Assembly (NCBI GenBank): GCA_965198005.1
Contig: CBDAOI010000004.1
Location: 1,600,001 to 1,664,000, forward strand
Length of the DNA stretch: 64,000 bases
Source of the DNA: Spirochaetia bacterium
Lineage (GTDB): Bacteria; Spirochaetota; Spirochaetia; SZUA-6; Bin103
Reading direction: 5' to 3'
The translations under genes were made by a program, and so were the position numbers. Each line of letters starts with the position of its first letter. Positions within the stretch are counted from its first letter, which is position 1. Of the stretch, positions 58,145 through 64,000 are shown in pieces. The notes beneath the pieces are model-generated. The model did not search any database, was not told where the DNA came from, and saw only the letters and a list, made by a program, of their open reading frames with translations.

Positions 58145-59458
58145 ATGATGCGCGCCGGCTATACCCGAGCGGAGCGCGCTTGGGTGCTGTACGACATCGG
58201 CAACTCCGCGTACGTGCTGGCGGTCGTGACCGCGATCTTTCCGCTGTTCTTCAAGAACGTGGTCGCCGCGGACGTCCCCGACGCCGATTCGACCGCCTGG
58301 CTGGCCTACGCCAGCAGCCTGTACACCCTGGTGGTGGCCGTGCTGGCCGCCGTGCTGGGTCCGCTGGCCGACTACGAAGGGCGCAAGAAACGGTTCTTTG
58401 CGCTGTTCTTCGGTATCGGCGTGGTCACCACCGGCGTGCTGGCGTTTGCCGCCGAGGGGCGGGCCGCGGTGACGCTCGCGGTCTACGTCCTGTCCTCGAT
58501 CGGCTTTGCCGGCGCCAACGTGTTCTACGACTCCTTTCTGACCGACGTCACGTCACCGGAACGGATGGATCGGTTGTCCAGCAGCGGCTACGCCTGGGGC
58601 TACATCGGCAGCACGGTGCCGTTCGTGGTGGCCATGGCGGTGGTGGTGGGGGGGCCGGAGCTCGGCGTGCTGGCGACCACGGTCTCGGTGCGCATCGCGT
58701 TTCTGATTACCGCCGTATGGTGGGTGGCGTTCACCGTGCCGCTGCTGCGCCGAGTACGGCAGACGCAGTTCATCCCGCGGGTAGAGTCTCCGCTGCGCCA
58801 CAGCTTCGCGCGCGTGGCGGAGCTGGTGCGCGAGCGCCGGCAGTACCGCACGGTGCTGCTGTTTCTGGCGGCCTATTTCTTCTACATCGATGGCGTGGGC
58901 ACGGTGATCAAGCTGGCCACGGCGTACGGCACCGACCTGGGTCTGTCCGCCAATACGCTGCTGCTGATGCTGCTGGTGGTGCAGGTGGTGGCGTTTCCGT
59001 GCGCCCTGATCTACGGACACCTGGCGCGGACGCACGTGTTGTCCGTCCGTACCCTGCTGCTGGTCGGGGTCGGCGTGTACGTACTGGTGACGGTGCTGGC
59101 GTTCGCTATTCCGCGGCTGCCGGTGCCGGCGCAGGTGCCGCTGTTCTGGGTGATCTCGATGCTGGTGGCCAGCTCGCAGGGGGGCATCCAGGCGCTCTCC
59201 CGCTCCTACTTCGGCCAGTTGATCCCGGCCGCCGCGTCGGCCGAGTTCTTCGGGTTCTACAACATGTTCGGCAAGTTCGCGGCCATCCTGGGGCCGCTGC
59301 TGGTGGGGCTGTTCGCCCAGCTCACCGGCGATTCGAGCATCGGCGTGCTCAGCATCGCCGTGCTGTTCGTGGTCGGCGGCGTGCTGCTGCTGCGGGTGCC
59401 GCGGCAGCCGAGCGCGGCCGTAGCCGAATACTCGCCACCGCCCGCGCCGGCCGGTTAG
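58145..59458 (+). CDS. MFS transporter (UMF1/Atg22-like)
   Basis: WVLYD.GNSA, NVFYDSFL, SS.GYA.GYIG, QGGIQALSRS. Confidence 0.88.
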   Translation: MMRAGYTRAERAWVLYDIGNSAYVLAVVTAIFPLFFKNVVAADVPDADSTAWLAYASSLYTLVVAVLAAVLGPLADYEGRKKRFFALFFGIGVVTTGVLAFAAEGRAAVTLAVYVLSSIGFAGANVFYDSFLTDVTSPERMDRLSSSGYAWGYIGSTVPFVVAMAVVVGGPELGVLATTVSVRIAFLITAVWWVAFTVPLLRRVRQTQFIPRVESPLRHSFARVAELVRERRQYRTVLLFLAAYFFYIDGVGTVIKLATAYGTDLGLSANTLLLMLLVVQVVAFPCALIYGHLARTHVLSVRTLLLVGVGVYVLVTVLAFAIPRLPVPAQVPLFWVISMLVASSQGGIQALSRSYFGQLIPAAASAEFFGFYNMFGKFAAILGPLLVGLFAQLTGDSSIGVLSIAVLFVVGGVLLLRVPRQPSAAVAEYSPPPAPAG

Positions 59459-59464
59459 ATCAGG

Positions 59465-60643
59465 TCAACCGCGGGCGAGCACGGGGGGCGCCAGATCCCC
59501 GATTGAGCCGCCGAGATCACCATCGTCGGCAGTCCGCTCGCGGGTGGCCGGCCGGGCCGGTGCCGGCACCGGGGTGTCGTACTGGTAGCCGGGCTCGACC
59601 TGCTGCCGCTTCCAGGTGGCGCGCATCTCGCGCCAAGCGCCGAGCACGCTCTTCGCCTCCGGCAGGTCGCCGGCGATCGCGGTGCGCAGCTTGCGCAGGT
59701 TGTAGCACGGCACGCCGGCGTACATGTGGTGCTCCATGTGGTAGTTCATGCGCCAGTACATGAGCGACGAGACCGGGTCCAGCTTGATGGTGCGCGTGCA
59801 CTTGCGGAAGTCGGCCACGTTGTCGCGCAGGCCGCAGTGCATCGGCAGAAACACCAGACAGCGCCACCAGTTGGCGATGAACCGGGAGAGGGTGATGAAC
59901 ACCGGCAGCAGCCAAAGCTGGAGCAGGATGGCCGCGCCGATGACCGCGGCGTGGAACAGCAGAATCTTGCGCGCCCAGCGCACCGCCTTGATCCGCTCCT
60001 CGGGGTGGGCCGCGTACAGCGCCGCCAGCCACTCCCGCGTGCGCGGGGCGAGCGGCTCGGTCTCGCCGAGGGAGTCCGGGCCCAGCGGCCGGCCAAGCGC
60101 GGTTTGCACCGTGTCCCGGACCCGGGCGATCACCCCGTCGCACGCCGGCGCGCCGAACAGGTTGAAGGTAAACAGTTGCACCACGATCAGGGCCCGCAGC
60201 GCAGCCGACTGCGGCAGCACCACCTCCCGGTCACCGTCCGGATGCAGCGTGTAGCGATGGTGATAGGTGTGGCTGAGCGCGTAGTCGTCCGGGTTGAACC
60301 AGGTTATGAGCGAGAACAGGCGCAGAAAGAAGCGATTGAGCGCCTTGGTCTTGAACACCGTACCGTGGTCCAGCTCGTGCGACGCCGCCCCCAGGAAGCT
60401 GGCGAAGGTGCCGTACGCGAACAGCGCCACGGCGAAGGCCAGCCACTGCTGGCGGGCGAACAACCAGGCGGTGACCAGGGCCATCCCGACCAGGCACGCA
60501 CCTACCCCCAACGTCTGCAGCCAACCCTGCAGGTCGCTGCGCTGCATGAGCCGGCGCAGCAGCGCCGGCTCGATCGGACTGCGGTACCACTTTACGCGCA
60601 GCGAACGGCGGACGTCGGCCAGCGGTGGACGTGGGTTCGACAT
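59465..60643 (-). CDS. Fatty acid desaturase family
   Basis: His boxes HELDH, HTYHH, HMEHH. Confidence 0.85.
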   Translation of the reverse strand: MSNPRPPLADVRRSLRVKWYRSPIEPALLRRLMQRSDLQGWLQTLGVGACLVGMALVTAWLFARQQWLAFAVALFAYGTFASFLGAASHELDHGTVFKTKALNRFFLRLFSLITWFNPDDYALSHTYHHRYTLHPDGDREVVLPQSAALRALIVVQLFTFNLFGAPACDGVIARVRDTVQTALGRPLGPDSLGETEPLAPRTREWLAALYAAHPEERIKAVRWARKILLFHAAVIGAAILLQLWLLPVFITLSRFIANWWRCLVFLPMHCGLRDNVADFRKCTRTIKLDPVSSLMYWRMNYHMEHHMYAGVPCYNLRKLRTAIAGDLPEAKSVLGAWREMRATWKRQQVEPGYQYDTPVPAPARPATRERTADDGDLGGSIGDLAPPVLARG

Positions 60644-60760
60644 GGCACGAAACTGGTTGGATCGCGCGTGCGAGTCAAGGAGAATTTCCGCCGAGTCCGG
60701 CGGGCCCGGCGGGACCACATCTCTTGACTTCGTCCGGGCGCTGTGTTTATTTCAGCGGCC

Positions 60761-61807
60761 ATGGCCCACACGGTTGTAGTGGATGACGGCACGACCTCGC
60801 GCGACGCCAAGGGCGAATGGGTGCCGGCGCGGATGCGCGCGGCGCCGGGCCGCGGGACGAAGGCGTTGCTCCTGCGCCAGATCAGGACCGTGTTCGGTTT
60901 CCCCGGCCTGCTCTGGCCGTGGCCGGCGATGTACGCCGGCCTTGCCCTGATCACTTGGCTGTACCTCCAGCCGGGCGCCGCGGTGCTCGGATTCAACGAT
61001 CTGAGCCGGTTCGAGCTGCGCTTCGACTGGCTGCTGCTGATGTACGCGCGCAACGTCGCGCTCGCGATCCTGATCTACGGCGGGTGGCACCTGCCGCTCT
61101 ATTGGCAGCGCATTCAGGGGACGCGGTTCAAGTACAACAGGCGGTGGCTGACCAGGAACAGCAAGGCGTTCCTGTTCCGCAACCAGCTCTGGGACAACCT
61201 GTTCTGGACCCTGGTCAGCGGAGTCGGCATCTGGACCATATACGAGGCGCTGATGCTGTGGGCGTACGCGGAAGGCTGGCTGGCGATCATGGAGTTCCGC
61301 AACAACCCGATCTGGTTCGTGGCGTTGTTCCCGGTGATCACCATCTGGAACGACTTCCACTTCTACTTCGTGCATCGCCTGCTGCACTGGAAGCCGCTGT
61401 ATCGCGCGGCGCACTATCTGCATCACCGCAACGTCAACGTCGGACCGTGGTCAGGCTTGGCGATGCATCCGCTGGAGCACGTCATCTACCTGACGCGCTG
61501 GTTGATTCTGTTGGTGGTTCCCTCCCATCCGCTGCACATGATCTACGTGATGCACTGGGCGGCGCTCGGGGCTGCGCCCGGGCATACCGGCTTCGAGGAG
61601 ATGGTGGTGCACAAGAAGGGCGACGTCCGCATGCCGGTCAAGTCGTTCAACCACTACCTCCATCACCGCTACTTCGAGTGCAACTACAGCGGCGGGCCGC
61701 TCCCGCTCGACCGCCTGTTCGGGACGTTCCACGACGGCAGCCCGGAGGCGCACGCGCGCATGCGGGCCAAACGGAAAATGCCGCGGGAGGCCGCGCAGCA
61801 CCCCTGA
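60761..61807 (+). CDS. Sterol desaturase / fatty acid hydroxylase family
   Basis: HRLLH, HYLHH, HPLEH, HYLHH, DRLFGTF. Confidence 0.88.
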   Translation: MAHTVVVDDGTTSRDAKGEWVPARMRAAPGRGTKALLLRQIRTVFGFPGLLWPWPAMYAGLALITWLYLQPGAAVLGFNDLSRFELRFDWLLLMYARNVALAILIYGGWHLPLYWQRIQGTRFKYNRRWLTRNSKAFLFRNQLWDNLFWTLVSGVGIWTIYEALMLWAYAEGWLAIMEFRNNPIWFVALFPVITIWNDFHFYFVHRLLHWKPLYRAAHYLHHRNVNVGPWSGLAMHPLEHVIYLTRWLILLVVPSHPLHMIYVMHWAALGAAPGHTGFEEMVVHKKGDVRMPVKSFNHYLHHRYFECNYSGGPLPLDRLFGTFHDGSPEAHARMRAKRKMPREAAQHP

Positions 61808-61855
61808 GACGGGCCGAGGTTCAGTGCGAATCCAGCTCGGCGGCGGAGCCCGCCC

Positions 61856-63409
61856 TCAGCCGTCCGCCACCTCGAACGCGGTCACGTTGCGCGTCTCGCG
61901 GCTGAACTCCACCCCGATCAGGTGGATCGGCTGTTTCAGGTGACGGTACTTGGCCGCGTAATCCCGGCTCTCGAGCTGCGCCAGCGCCGACCCCGGCGGC
62001 GCCATCTCCACGACCTTGAACTCGAACAGGTACACGTGCCCGCCGGTGCGCACCGCCATGTCCAGCCGACCGTGGCTGCTCGACTCCTCCACTGCGATCT
62101 CGTACCCCAGCGCCGCGAAGTAGGAGTAGACCACGCTTGCGTAGAAGCCCTCGTAATCGGCGATGGCGTTGTTCGTGTACCACTGGTACGGGATGCTCGC
62201 GAAAAAGGCGTGGAACAGCTCCTTCAGCCCCGCGCAGTCGTGCGCCTCCAGCAATCGCGCCAAACGCACGCTGTTGGCCGTCTGCCGCTCCGCGTCCTGC
62301 ACCAGTTGCCGCAGCAGCACCCGGTTCAGGCTCTGGCGCACCTCCCGGTTGGGATAGCCCAGCCGATACAGCGCCATGCCGCCCAGCTCCTCTTCCCCCG
62401 TAATCGTCAGGTAGCCGGTCTGGAACAGCAGCGCTTCGGTGCCGATGTGCTCTACGTCGAACTTCGACAGCAGATCCTCCGTGCTCACCGTCCGGTCCAG
62501 TGACACCGACGCGACCCGGCGCTCGAACAGCGTGTCCACCAGGAACGCCGGGGTCCCGGTCTCGAACCAGTGGGCGGCAAACTTGCGACGGCGCAGCAGC
62601 AGCAGCACGTCGTACGGGTTGTACACCCTCTCCGCGCCCAGCCAGCTATAGCCGTTGTACCACTCGCGCACCCGCTCCCGGTCCAGGCCTTCCAACTCCG
62701 GCGCGAACACCGTCTCCAGGTCGCCCTCCGTGTAGCCGCAGATCGACGAGTAAGCCGGATCCAGGGTGATGTCGGTGAGGTTGTTCAGGTCGGAAAACAA
62801 GCTCACCTTGGTGAACTTGCTCACCCCGGTCACGAACGTGAACCGCACGTGCGCGTCGCTCGCCTTGATCACCCCGTACAGGCCGCGCAGGTAGTCGCGG
62901 TTGGCACGGGCGATCTCCGGCGTCTCCAGCGCGTCCAGGATCGGCTTGTCGTACTCGTCCACCAGCACCGCCACCCGCTGCCCGCTCCGCTCGTGCAGCG
63001 ACCGGATCAGGTAGCCGAACCGTTCAGGCGGCGTGTCGTAGCGCGGACTCACCCCGGTGGCTACCTCCATGCCGTCCAACTGCGCCGCCAGGTTGATCCG
63101 GAGATAGCCCGGATCCTTGAAGCTCCCGCCGGCGAAGTCCAGCCGCACCACCGGGTGGCGCGCCGACCAGTTCCAGTCCCCGTGGTCGTGGACGTGGAGC
63201 CCCGTGAACAGCTCCTCGTTGCCCTCGAACAGCTCCTTCAGGGTGTCCAGAAGCAGACTCTTGCCGAACCGCCGCGGGCGCGACAGGAAATAGTGGGCGC
63301 CTTCATCGAGCAGCCGTTCGATGTAGGGCGTCTTGTCCACGTAATAACAGTCCTGTTCGCGCAGCTTGCGGAAGGTCTGCATGCCGATGGGCAGTCTGCG
63401 TCGGGCCAC
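61856..63409 (-). CDS. AAA-ATPase-like + PD-(D/E)XK nuclease protein
   Basis: LPIG.Q.F, YYVDKT, LSRPRRFGKSL, DEYDKP, GYPNREV, GRLDM, FEFK. Confidence 0.9.
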   Translation of the reverse strand: MARRRLPIGMQTFRKLREQDCYYVDKTPYIERLLDEGAHYFLSRPRRFGKSLLLDTLKELFEGNEELFTGLHVHDHGDWNWSARHPVVRLDFAGGSFKDPGYLRINLAAQLDGMEVATGVSPRYDTPPERFGYLIRSLHERSGQRVAVLVDEYDKPILDALETPEIARANRDYLRGLYGVIKASDAHVRFTFVTGVSKFTKVSLFSDLNNLTDITLDPAYSSICGYTEGDLETVFAPELEGLDRERVREWYNGYSWLGAERVYNPYDVLLLLRRRKFAAHWFETGTPAFLVDTLFERRVASVSLDRTVSTEDLLSKFDVEHIGTEALLFQTGYLTITGEEELGGMALYRLGYPNREVRQSLNRVLLRQLVQDAERQTANSVRLARLLEAHDCAGLKELFHAFFASIPYQWYTNNAIADYEGFYASVVYSYFAALGYEIAVEESSSHGRLDMAVRTGGHVYLFEFKVVEMAPPGSALAQLESRDYAAKYRHLKQPIHLIGVEFSRETRNVTAFEVADG

Positions 63410-63582
63410 GCCTCATCTTACCCCGTCGCCCGACGGATTCAAACACACCCTGTCGGCTTGTCGGCTCGGAGAGATGGACACGCACCGCACGCCTGACGAT
63501 ACCCCTGACCTGACCCTGCGTCGGAATGCGCCGGAAAAAGGTGCTTGACGCCTTGCTGTCTCCCGAGACGGCGAGCCCGCCC

Positions 63583-64000
63583 TCAGCCGTCCGCCACCTC
63601 GAACGCGGTCACGTTGCGCGTCTCGCGGCTGAACTCCACCCCGATCAGGTGGATCGGCTGTTTCAGGTGACGGTACTTGGCCGCGTAATCCCGGCTCCGG
63701 AGCTGCGCCAGCGCCGACCCCGGCGGCGCCATCTCCACGACCTTGAACTCGAACAGGTACACGTGCCCGCCGGTGCGCACCGCCATGTCCAGCCGACCGT
63801 GGCTGCTCGACTCCTCCACTGCGATCTCGTACCCCAGCGCCGCGAAGTAGGAGTAGACCACGCTTGCGTAGAAGCCCTCGTAATCGGCGATGGCGTTGTT
63901 CGTGTACCACTGGTACGGAATACTCGCGAAGAAGGCGTGGAACAGCTCCTTCAGCCCCGCGCAGTCGTGCGCCGCAAGCAGCCGTTGCAGGCGGATGCTG
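63583..64000 (-). CDS. Tandem paralog of the AAA/PD-(D/E)XK gene (runs off the window)
   Basis: 3' end nearly identical to 61856-62250. Confidence 0.88.
   Translation of the reverse strand, partial: SIRLQRLLAAHDCAGLKELFHAFFASIPYQWYTNNAIADYEGFYASVVYSYFAALGYEIAVEESSSHGRLDMAVRTGGHVYLFEFKVVEMAPPGSALAQLRSRDYAAKYRHLKQPIHLIGVEFSRETRNVTAFEVADG

Overview
GC-rich bacterial window. The SBP signal peptides ending LWAAG, the bactofilin and the comEC-rsmA order suggest a Spirochaetota-like genome (inference). The left ~31 kb and 48-57 kb are accessory, eroding DNA. They hold six intact or fragmentary copies of an ATPase-less peptide/nickel-type ABC cassette (SBP-oppB-oppC), three toxin-antitoxin pairs plus Rpn fragments, an IS66 carrying DUF4338 nested in a RIT-like mini-element, a DUF6431/DDE/ExeA transposon, one complete group II intron and two intron remnants, and a truncated di-myo-inositol-phosphate cluster. 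31-48 kb and 57-62 kb are mostly housekeeping and lipid genes (GGT, SDRs, tRNA-Glu, acyl-CoA ligase, fabZ, SPT-like, comEC, rsmA, dapAB, tyrA, tRNA-Lys, desaturases). The most unusual signal is non-coding. The SBP operons share a long homologous leader: a ~126-bp promoter-bearing unit (amplified 5x at one locus), a C10-12 tract, a tiny uORF with a strong SD (MILKEPHARAA twice, MAPKTGYD once) and a conserved GAGAGTA...TACTCTC hairpin. This is a candidate undescribed leader-peptide/RNA regulatory system. All family assignments come from motif recognition by eye; no database searches were run.
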